Below are positions 35,072 to 42,185 of a stretch of DNA of 42,185 bases, piece by piece. The notes beneath the pieces were generated by a model that was given only the letters and a program-made list of their open reading frames with translations, was not told where the DNA came from and made no database searches. The DNA comes from Clostridia bacterium. Lineage in GTDB: Bacteria > Bacillota > Clostridia > UMGS1883. Each line of letters opens with the position of its first letter. Position 1 is the stretch's first letter. The DNA is taken from the NCBI GenBank assembly GCA_017466275.1, contig JAFTUL010000008.1, positions 1 through 42,185 of the forward strand. Direction: 5' to 3'. The position numbers were made by a program, and so were the translations under genes.

Positions 35072-35737
35072 ATGATTAGTTATAAACTTCTTCGGGAAAT
35101 TATGCCTGTCACGGAAGAGGAAAACCGAATAATACGTGGCGGTAGCATCGAGCGTGATTTATATATGTCAGGCGGCAGCGATGTTATCAACAGCAAGCTT
35201 CTTTTAGAAAAGGGGAAGCTTATTTCGGTGCGTCCGCATACCCGGTTTGCAGATTTTCCGGAGCATAGCCACGATTTTATCGAGGTTGTGTATATGTGTC
35301 TGGGAAGCACAACGCATATCATAAACGGGAAAGAGGTACTTCTCTCCGAGGGGGAGCTTTTGTTTCAGCATCTTATGAATTGTACAGACAGTATTTCCTA
35401 CGCAAATGAGGAGGATGAGCTTGTGGTAAAATTCCTCCGATACATAGACGATAACTACCGTGATGCCTCTCTTTCAGAGGCGGCAAAGCTTCTTTTCTGT
35501 GATTCGAGCTGGCTTTCCCGTGAGATAAAGAAACGGACTGGAAAAAATTATACTGACCTTATAAGGGAAAGGAGACTTGCACAGGCCGTTTTCTACCTTA
35601 AAAATACAAATATGAAAATTTCACAGATAGTCCCTGCAATCGGGTATGATAATGTAAGCTATTTTTACAGAATCTTCTTTGAAGCATATAATATGACCCC
35701 TAAACAGCTTCGCGGTGCAAATAAGGACAAATTTTAA
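35072..35737 (+). CDS. AraC-family transcriptional regulator (cupin N-terminus plus HTH), unusually short
   Basis: The C-terminal ~100 aa is an AraC HTH (YRDASLSEAAKLLFCDSSWLSREIKK...GYDNVSYFYRIF). The N-terminal cupin start (FPEHSHDFIEVVYMCLGSTTHIINGKE) breaks off after GELLFQ. Total length is 221 aa, whereas my recollection of this architecture is ~280-330 aa. Confidence 0.8.
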   Translation: MISYKLLREIMPVTEEENRIIRGGSIERDLYMSGGSDVINSKLLLEKGKLISVRPHTRFADFPEHSHDFIEVVYMCLGSTTHIINGKEVLLSEGELLFQHLMNCTDSISYANEEDELVVKFLRYIDDNYRDASLSEAAKLLFCDSSWLSREIKKRTGKNYTDLIRERRLAQAVFYLKNTNMKISQIVPAIGYDNVSYFYRIFFEAYNMTPKQLRGANKDKF

Positions 35738-35816
35738 TCAAACCAAGATATTAAAAGTGAATGCATAGTGTGATAAAATATTCTTGAATAAGATTCTTTA
35801 AAAAGGATAGAAAATT

Positions 35817-36842
35817 ATGTCAAGATTTGAATATGCAAAAGAAAGATACGCTACACTTGGCGTAGATGTTGAAAAAGCAATTGCAACACTTAAAGATATC
35901 CCTGACAAGCTTGAACCCAAGCATTTTGCTCCGTGGGTAGAGCTTGCAAAAAAGCACAATATGGGTATTGACTTTAACCCCACATTCTTCTCCCACAGCA
36001 AGGTTAAGGACGGTCTTACCCTTTCCAGCCCCGACGAGGAAACACGTCGTTTCTGGATTGAGCACGGTAAGGCTTGTATCAGAATTTCACAGTATTTTGC
36101 AGAGGAAACAGGAGTTCCCTGCGTGATGAACATATGGATTGGTGACGGTTACAAGGACATCCCCTCTGACCGTCTCGGACCGAGAATGAGGTATAAGGAT
36201 TCTATCGAGCAGATTCTTTCCGAGCCTTATGACTTTAACCTTGTAAAGCCCTGCGTTGAGTCCAAGGTATTTGGTATCGGTGTGGAAGCATACACAGCAG
36301 GCTCCGCTGAATTTGCACTTTCCTTTGCGGCAACCCACGAAAAGTGCCTTCCCCTTATGGATAACGGTCACTATCATCCCACAGAAATGGTGTCTGACAA
36401 GATTCCTGCACTTTTGTGCTATTTCCCCGAAATTGCACTCCATATAACCCGTCCCATCCGTTGGGACAGTGACCATAGTGTTCTGTTCGACGACGAAACA
36501 AGAGAAATGGCAAAGGAAATCATCCGTTGCGACGCTCTCAACAGAGTATATATGGCACTTGATTTCTTTGATGCATCCATTAACCGTATTGCATCATGGG
36601 CAGTAGGTTTCAGAAGCTGGCAGAAAGCACTTCTTATGGCTCTTTGTACACCTAATGAGTCACTTAAAAAACTTCAGGATGAAAATAAGCTTACAGAGCT
36701 TATCGTAATGCAGGAAGAGGTAAAGACACTTCCTTTCGGCGATGTATGGGAGGAATATTGCAGAAGATGCGGTGTAATCGCTGACAGCAGTTGGTTTGAA
36801 GAAATTAAGAAATATGAGAAGGAAGTTCTTGCCAACAGATAA
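35817..36842 (+). CDS. rhaA: L-rhamnose isomerase with an in-frame internal deletion (~75 aa missing near the N-terminus)
   Basis: Colinear with RhaA from ...KHFAPWVELAKKHNMGIDFNPTFFSH to the C-terminus (HYHPTE, RPIRWDSDH, LDFFDASINRI). It is 341 aa versus ~419 aa. Residues 1-29 match the RhaA N-terminus, then the HCWQGDD...NLHAIY segment is absent. Confidence 0.85.
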   Translation: MSRFEYAKERYATLGVDVEKAIATLKDIPDKLEPKHFAPWVELAKKHNMGIDFNPTFFSHSKVKDGLTLSSPDEETRRFWIEHGKACIRISQYFAEETGVPCVMNIWIGDGYKDIPSDRLGPRMRYKDSIEQILSEPYDFNLVKPCVESKVFGIGVEAYTAGSAEFALSFAATHEKCLPLMDNGHYHPTEMVSDKIPALLCYFPEIALHITRPIRWDSDHSVLFDDETREMAKEIIRCDALNRVYMALDFFDASINRIASWAVGFRSWQKALLMALCTPNESLKKLQDENKLTELIVMQEEVKTLPFGDVWEEYCRRCGVIADSSWFEEIKKYEKEVLANR

Positions 36843-36859
36843 ATGACGTGATATAATTT

Positions 36860-36884
36860 AAGGAGGATGATTTATCATCCTCTT
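36860..36884 (+). other. Intercistronic hairpin between rhaA and rhaB
   Basis: AAGGAGGATGA-TTTA-TCATCCTCTT (8 perfect bp plus a bulged extension) followed by TTGAATATTT. It pairs an SD-like AAGGAGGA with its complement. Confidence 0.4.
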
Positions 36885-36907
36885 TGAATATTTAGGAGGA
36901 AATGAAT

Positions 36908-38362
36908 ATGAAGGTTTTAGCTTTTGACTTTGGTGCATCCAGTGGCAGAGCGATTATAGGTACATTTGAAAACGGAAAAATTTCTTTGGAGGAAATACAT
37001 CGCTTTGACAATGGTCCTGTGCTTATGAACGGCGGATTTTACTGGGATTTGCCCAAGCTTTTTCACGAGGTTAAGCAGGGACTTATCAAGGCTGAAAAAT
37101 ACGGCTATGAGAGTATCGGTATCGATACCTGGGGTGTTGACTATGCTCTTATAACACTTGACGGTCTTTTGCTGGGCAATCCCTACAACTACCGTGATGA
37201 AAGAACAATCCCCGTATTTGAAAAAATAAAGGAAACAATAGGCGAGAGTAAGCTTTATAAAATGACAGGTATTCAGAATATGAATATCAATACTCTTTAT
37301 CAGCTTCTTGAAACAAAGGAAAACCATCCCGATTTCTATGCTCTTGCTGACAGACTCATACTTATGCCTGACCTTTTTGGCTATCTTCTGACCGGCAAGG
37401 TTTATGCAGAACGTTCTATGGCATCTACGACTCAGCTTCTTGACCCCTATACAAAAGATTGGAATAAGAAGCTTATCGACAAGCTTGGTCTTGACATTAC
37501 CAAGTTCCCCGAACTTGTTGACAGCGGTACGCAGATTGCTCCTATAAAAGAGGAAATCTGCAAGGAGCTTGACATTACTCCCAAGATGCTTACAGCTATT
37601 GCAGGACATGACACGGCAAGTGCAGTCGTTGCAGTTCCTGCCAAGGTAAAGGATTTCGTATATATTTCCTGCGGAACATGGTCACTCTTCGGTACAGAGC
37701 TGGATGAACCCTGCATTACCGAAATGTCTGCAGAAATGAATATCACAAACGAGGGCGGTCATAACCGCACAACCCGTTTCTTAAAGAATATCATTGGCTT
37801 GTGGATGATTCAGGAAACACGCCGTCAGTTCAAGCGCGAGGGTAAGGATTACTCTTATGCCGATATGGAAAAAATGGCACGTGAATCCAAGGCTATGCAG
37901 TGCTTCATTGACCCTGACGACCCCAGATTTACACCTCCCGGAAATCAGATTCAGCGTATCCGCGAATTCTGTCAGGAAACAGGTCAGTATGTTCCCGAGA
38001 CAGACGGTGAAATCGTTCGTTGTATCTACGAATCACTTGCAATGAAGTATAAATATACTTTTGAAAACCTGCAGAAATGCACAGGCAAAACCTTTGAAGC
38101 AATTCATATGGTTGGCGGCGGTACAAAGGACGGCTTCCTCTGTCAGATGACAGCCGACGCAACCAATGTTCCTGTTATTGCAGGTCCTATTGAAGCAACT
38201 GCAGCAGGTAACATTGCAGTACAGCTTATCGCAGCAGGGGAAATCAAGGACCTTAAGGAAGCACGTGAGATTATTGCAGATTCTTTCTCTGTGCAGGAAT
38301 TTACCCCCTCTGATAAGACCTTTGACGAGTATTACGAAGATTTTTGTAAGATACTTAAGTGA
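36908..38362 (+). CDS. rhaB: Rhamnulokinase (FGGY carbohydrate kinase family)
   Basis: N-terminus KVLAFDFGASSGRAI and FGGY-type architecture of ~484 aa, next to rhaA. ATG 36908 lies 8 nt after AGGAGG; the ORF-track ATG 36902 is too close to it. Confidence 0.9.
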   Translation: MKVLAFDFGASSGRAIIGTFENGKISLEEIHRFDNGPVLMNGGFYWDLPKLFHEVKQGLIKAEKYGYESIGIDTWGVDYALITLDGLLLGNPYNYRDERTIPVFEKIKETIGESKLYKMTGIQNMNINTLYQLLETKENHPDFYALADRLILMPDLFGYLLTGKVYAERSMASTTQLLDPYTKDWNKKLIDKLGLDITKFPELVDSGTQIAPIKEEICKELDITPKMLTAIAGHDTASAVVAVPAKVKDFVYISCGTWSLFGTELDEPCITEMSAEMNITNEGGHNRTTRFLKNIIGLWMIQETRRQFKREGKDYSYADMEKMARESKAMQCFIDPDDPRFTPPGNQIQRIREFCQETGQYVPETDGEIVRCIYESLAMKYKYTFENLQKCTGKTFEAIHMVGGGTKDGFLCQMTADATNVPVIAGPIEATAAGNIAVQLIAAGEIKDLKEAREIIADSFSVQEFTPSDKTFDEYYEDFCKILK

Positions 38363-38371
38363 TTTTAGAAC

Positions 38372-38407
38372 AAAAAACACCTAAAATTAAATTTAGGTGT
38401 TTTTTTG
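38372..38407 (+). terminator. Rho-independent terminator after rhaB
   Basis: AAAAACACCTAAA-TTAA-TTTAGGTGTTTTT hairpin plus a T-tract. Confidence 0.85.
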
Positions 38408-38420
38408 TTGTAAAATGGGG

Positions 38421-38449
38421 TTGACAAATCGCCTCAAATTAACTATTAT
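38421..38449 (+). promoter_or_regulatory. Putative sigma-A promoter of the antiporter gene
   Basis: TTGACA (38421-38426), a 17-nt spacer, then TATTAT (38444-38449). Confidence 0.65.
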
Positions 38450-38492
38450 ATTAGAGGTTTGTTTTTTATTTCAATAAAAGGAAGTCTTAAAA

Positions 38493-39791
38493 ATGAGTAC
38501 ATTATTATCTATGTCAATCGCCCTTTTGGCAGGCCTCTTAATGACAAGAGCGTTCAAGCCGTTAAAACTGCCGTCTGTTACTGCATACCTTATTGCAGGC
38601 GTACTTATCGGTCCCTATTGTATGGGACAGCTCGGCGTAGCAGGACTCGGGTTTGAAAGTATGGATGCGGTACACGCACTCTCGCTTGTTTCTCAGGTGG
38701 CATTGGGATTCATTGCCTTTTCTATTGGTAACGAATTTCGTGCGGAGGATATTAAGCATATAGGAAAGCAGGCATTTGTTATCGGTATATTTCAGGCACT
38801 TATCGCAACATTGTTTGTTGATATAGCACTTTTTGTTGTTCACAAAATGATGCCTGATGTTCTTTCTGTTTCTCAGGCGATTACACTTGGTGCTATTGCA
38901 ACTGCAACTGCACCCGCAGCAACCCTTATGGTTGTCCGTCAGTACAAGGCAAAGGGTAAGCTTACTGATTTGCTTCTTCCCATTGTTGCTCTTGATGATG
39001 CCGTTGGCCTTATCGTGTTTGCCGTATCTTTCGGTATTGCAAAAACACTTGTCAGCGGAAATCTTGATATGATTTCAATTCTTGTAAATCCCTTGGTTGA
39101 AATTGCTGCATCACTTATTCTCGGAGCAATTATGGGCTGGATTCTCACTCAGCTTGAAAAAATGTTCAATTCCAACACAAATCGTCTTAATATGACAATA
39201 ACTTTTGTTGTTCTTACAGTTGCACTTTCTATGATTAAGTTTAATATTGGACCCGTACACGTTGGATTTTCTTCTCTTCTTGTATGTATGATGCTCGGTA
39301 CAGTATTCTGCAATACCTGTCCTTTGTCACACGACCTTATGGAAAAGTCCGACAAATGGACATCACCGCTTTTTGCACTTTTCTTTGTTGTAAGCGGTGC
39401 AGAGCTTGAACTTAGTGTATTTGCACAAGGAGCAATTGTTGTTATCGGTATTGTATATATTATTTTCCGTTCTCTCGGTAAATATTGCGGTACATTCATC
39501 AGTGCAAAAATGACCTCCTGTTCTCCTGAAATCTGCAAATATTTGGGTATCACACTTCTTCCGCAAGCAGGTGTTGCCCTTGGTATGTGCACAATTGCAT
39601 CGGCAGAATTTGGTCAGCCTGGTGTACTTATCCGTAACATCACGCTATTCGCCGTACTTATATACGAAATTTTTGGTCCCGTGATGACTCGTATGGCACT
39701 TCAGGCAGCAGGCGATATTAAGCCTATGAGTAACGAAGTTAAGATGCGCCGTCATATTAAACTTGAAGAAGCTAAAAACAGAGCCAAATAA
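38493..39791 (+). CDS. Cation:proton antiporter (CPA2 / Na+-H+ exchanger family), membrane domain only
   Basis: 432-aa polytopic protein with N-terminus LLAGLLMTRAFKPLKLPSVTAYLIAGVLIGP typical of the Kef/NapA-type family. No soluble KTN/RCK domain. Confidence 0.88.
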   Translation: MSTLLSMSIALLAGLLMTRAFKPLKLPSVTAYLIAGVLIGPYCMGQLGVAGLGFESMDAVHALSLVSQVALGFIAFSIGNEFRAEDIKHIGKQAFVIGIFQALIATLFVDIALFVVHKMMPDVLSVSQAITLGAIATATAPAATLMVVRQYKAKGKLTDLLLPIVALDDAVGLIVFAVSFGIAKTLVSGNLDMISILVNPLVEIAASLILGAIMGWILTQLEKMFNSNTNRLNMTITFVVLTVALSMIKFNIGPVHVGFSSLLVCMMLGTVFCNTCPLSHDLMEKSDKWTSPLFALFFVVSGAELELSVFAQGAIVVIGIVYIIFRSLGKYCGTFISAKMTSCSPEICKYLGITLLPQAGVALGMCTIASAEFGQPGVLIRNITLFAVLIYEIFGPVMTRMALQAAGDIKPMSNEVKMRRHIKLEEAKNRAK

Positions 39792-39795
39792 TACT

Positions 39796-39825
39796 GAAAA
39801 CCGTTTGCAAAAGCAAACGGTTTTC
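39796..39825 (+). terminator. Rho-independent terminator
   Basis: GAAAACCGTTTGC-AAAA-GCAAACGGTTTTC, a perfect 13-bp stem. Confidence 0.85.
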
Positions 39826-39887
39826 ATCTTGCATAAAATATAATAAACAGCAGAGAATATAATTAAAAATAAGTATGGTGATAATAT

Positions 39888-40814
39888 ATGATTCTGACAG
39901 TTACTCCAAATCCTTGTATAGACAGGGTATATTTCGTAGATGAATTTGAGATGGGCGAGGTACACCGCCCGCACCGTTTTACCTGCTCGGCAGGCGGAAA
40001 GGGACTCAATGTGTCCCGTGTAGCACATCTTATGGGACATAAAACTCTTGCAATGGGATTTGTCGGCGGATTCAACGGCGAATTCATAAAGAGTGAAATA
40101 ACAAAGCAGGGGGTAGAAAATAAATTTACACAGATTGACGGGGAAACACGTATCTGTATAAATATTTCCGATAAAAACGGTCTGTCGGGAGAAATCCTCG
40201 AATCAGGACCTTTTGTAACGGAGGAGGAGAAAAAAGCATTTCTCCTTGCTTTTGAAAGTGAGATTGATTCTGCGGACATTGTCTGTGCGGCAGGAAGCCT
40301 CCCGAAAGGGCTTGACAGTTCATTTTACATTGAGCTTATCCGCATTGCGAAAAAACACGGAAAGAGGATTGTTACCGATGCCAGCGGTAAAACCCTTGAG
40401 GATGTTATTAGGGCACAGCCCTTTATGGTGAAGCCCAATCGCTATGAACTTTCCCTCCTTATGGGAAAGGAAATTGATTCAATTGCCGATGTAAAAGAAG
40501 CACTTACCTTTTTGCAAAAATCGGGCGTAGAGCTTCCCCTTGCAACACTGGGGAAAGACGGTGCTATGGCACATATCGACGGTAAGTTCTATAAATTCTC
40601 TTCTCCTGAGGTGGAGGTTATAAATACTGTCGGCTCAGGTGACAGCTCCGTTTCGGGAATAGCCGTGGGTTTAAGCCGTGGAATGAGCATTATCGACTCC
40701 GTAAAGCTTGGTATGGCGGCAGGAACGGCAAATACACAATCTCCCGAAACAGGATTCGTTACAAAAGAGCTTGTGGAGAAATATTATAAAGAAATAATAG
40801 TTGACACTATATAA
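39888..40814 (+). CDS. PfkB-family hexose-phosphate kinase (1-phosphofructokinase / tagatose-6-phosphate kinase type)
   Basis: MILTVTPNPCIDR N-terminus, GGKGLNVSR, and C-terminal NTVGSGDSSVSG motif, 308 aa. The substrate cannot be assigned from sequence alone. Confidence 0.88.
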   Translation: MILTVTPNPCIDRVYFVDEFEMGEVHRPHRFTCSAGGKGLNVSRVAHLMGHKTLAMGFVGGFNGEFIKSEITKQGVENKFTQIDGETRICINISDKNGLSGEILESGPFVTEEEKKAFLLAFESEIDSADIVCAAGSLPKGLDSSFYIELIRIAKKHGKRIVTDASGKTLEDVIRAQPFMVKPNRYELSLLMGKEIDSIADVKEALTFLQKSGVELPLATLGKDGAMAHIDGKFYKFSSPEVEVINTVGSGDSSVSGIAVGLSRGMSIIDSVKLGMAAGTANTQSPETGFVTKELVEKYYKEIIVDTI

Positions 40815-40820
40815 TAACAC

Positions 40821-40858
40821 AAAATAGCCTTGTGTACGAAAGTACACAAGGCTATTTT
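40821..40858. terminator. Bidirectional terminator between the convergent pfkB-family gene and ppdK
   Basis: AAAATAGCCTTGTGTAC-GAAA-GTACACAAGGCTATTTT, a perfect 17-bp stem with flanking A/T tracts. Confidence 0.88.
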
Positions 40859-40874
40859 AATATTTAAACTATGA

Positions 40875-42185
40875 TTAGTTTTCTTCCTTAATCTTAGCCT
40901 GTGCAGCTGCAAGACGAGCAATCGGCACACGGAAAGGAGAACAAGATACATAGTCAAGACCAATCTGGTGGCAGAATTCAACGGAAACGGGGTCACCGCC
41001 ATGCTCACCGCAGATACCGCAGTGCATTTCGGGACGAACCTTCTTACCAAGTTCAACTGCCATTTCCATAAGCTTACCAACACCTGTCTGGTCAAGCTTA
41101 GCAAAGGGATCGTTTTCGAAAATCTTTGCATCATAGTATGCATCAAGGAACTTACCAGCGTCATCACGGGAGAAACCATATGTCATCTGTGTAAGGTCGT
41201 TTGTACCGAAACAGAAGAACTCAGCTTCCTTAGCAATGTCGTCAGCTGTAAGAGCAGCTCTGGGAATCTCAATCATTGTACCAACTTCGTACTTGAGGTC
41301 GATACCTGCATTTGCGATTTCTTCGTCAGCTGTCTTAACAACGTCGTTCTTAACATACTTAAGCTCTTTGATATCGCCAACAAGGGGAATCATAATCTCG
41401 GGAACGATGTTCCAGTCGGGATGAGCCTTCTTAACATTGATAGCTGCACGGATAACAGCTCTTGTCTGCATCTTTGCAATTTCAGGATATGTTACTGCAA
41501 GACGGCAGCCACGGTGACCCATCATGGGGTTGAACTCGTGGAGAGAAGCGATGATAGCCTTGATATCAGCTACACTCTTACCCTGAGCCTTTGCAAGTGC
41601 TTCGATGTCAGCTTCCTCTGTGGGAACGAATTCATGAAGCGGAGGATCAAGGAAACGGATTGTTACGGGGTTACCTTCAAGAGCTTCGTAAAGCTTTTCA
41701 AAGTCGCCCTGCTGATAGGGAAGAATCTTTTCAAGAGCAGCTTCTCTTTCTTCAACTGTATCGGAGCAAATCATTTCACGGAATGCAGCGATTCTTTCAG
41801 CTTCGAAGAACATATGCTCAGTACGGCAAAGACCGATACCTTCTGCACCAAGTTCGCGAGCCTTCTTAGCATCAGCGGGTGTATCTGCGTTTGTTCTAAC
41901 CTTAAGAGTTCTGAACTCGTCAGCCCACTGCATAATTCTGCCGAACTCACCTGCGATTTCAGCATCAACTGTGGGGATGATACCGTCGTAGATGTTACCA
42001 GTAGAACCGTCGATGGAGATGAAATCTCCTTCTGTATATGTCTTACCGCCAAGGGTAAACTTCTTATTTTCTTCGTCCATGTTGATGTCACCGCAACCGG
42101 AAACACAGCATGTACCCATACCACGAGCAACAACTGCTGCGTGAGATGTCATACCGCCACGAACTGTGAGGATACCCTGAGAAGC
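40875..42185 (-). CDS. ppdK: Pyruvate, phosphate dikinase (C-terminal ~435 codons; the 5' end lies beyond the window)
   Basis: The phosphohistidine motif (GG)MTSHAAVVARGMG is followed by a PEP-utilising TIM-barrel domain (GLCRTEHMF, FFCFGTNDLTQ, CGEHGGDP). The reading frame stays open to the window edge. Confidence 0.95.
   Translation of the reverse strand, partial: ASQGILTVRGGMTSHAAVVARGMGTCCVSGCGDINMDEENKKFTLGGKTYTEGDFISIDGSTGNIYDGIIPTVDAEIAGEFGRIMQWADEFRTLKVRTNADTPADAKKARELGAEGIGLCRTEHMFFEAERIAAFREMICSDTVEEREAALEKILPYQQGDFEKLYEALEGNPVTIRFLDPPLHEFVPTEEADIEALAKAQGKSVADIKAIIASLHEFNPMMGHRGCRLAVTYPEIAKMQTRAVIRAAINVKKAHPDWNIVPEIMIPLVGDIKELKYVKNDVVKTADEEIANAGIDLKYEVGTMIEIPRAALTADDIAKEAEFFCFGTNDLTQMTYGFSRDDAGKFLDAYYDAKIFENDPFAKLDQTGVGKLMEMAVELGKKVRPEMHCGICGEHGGDPVSVEFCHQIGLDYVSCSPFRVPIARLAAAQAKIKEEN

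Overview
This is a chromosomal, largely housekeeping window from a spore-forming Clostridia-type Firmicute. The assignment rests on spoIIE, PFOR, ppdK, AAG/CTT-biased codons and canonical TTGACT-17-TATAAT promoters; a Ruminococcaceae/Oscillospiraceae-like origin is only a guess. The left third (1-13.5 kb, minus strand) is a near-complete arginine biosynthesis cluster, argC-argJ-argB-argD-argF-carA-carB, followed by a separately promoted argG-argH. Both promoters carry a shared ~35-nt block containing an ARG-box (ArgR operator)-like sequence. The remainder encodes RNase J, Tgt, SpoIIE, two MATE exporters, PFOR (nifJ), an XRE regulator, nagB with a LacI regulator, a CCA-adding enzyme, small membrane proteins, a partial rhamnose locus (AraC-type regulator, rhaA, rhaB), a CPA2 antiporter, a PfkB-family kinase and the 3' part of ppdK. 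I saw no rRNA, tRNA, CRISPR array, IS element or prophage. Most interesting observations: (1) a monocistronic 852-aa gene fuses a TetM/EF-G-like translational GTPase to a Rae1/YacP-type NYN endoribonuclease, a candidate GTPase-delivered ribosomal A-site mRNA nuclease; (2) CarA lacks two residues of the glutaminase catalytic triad (Cys to Gly, Glu to Ile), suggesting an ammonia-dependent CPS; (3) CarB is fused in frame to a complete diaminopimelate epimerase (DapF); (4) argC carries a 1-nt frameshift; (5) rhaA, and probably the adjacent AraC regulator, carry in-frame internal deletions; (6) argG has a ~300-nt structured leader, and an intergenic three-way-junction RNA candidate lies at 33.46-33.54 kb. 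All functional calls come from motif recognition by eye; no database search was run.
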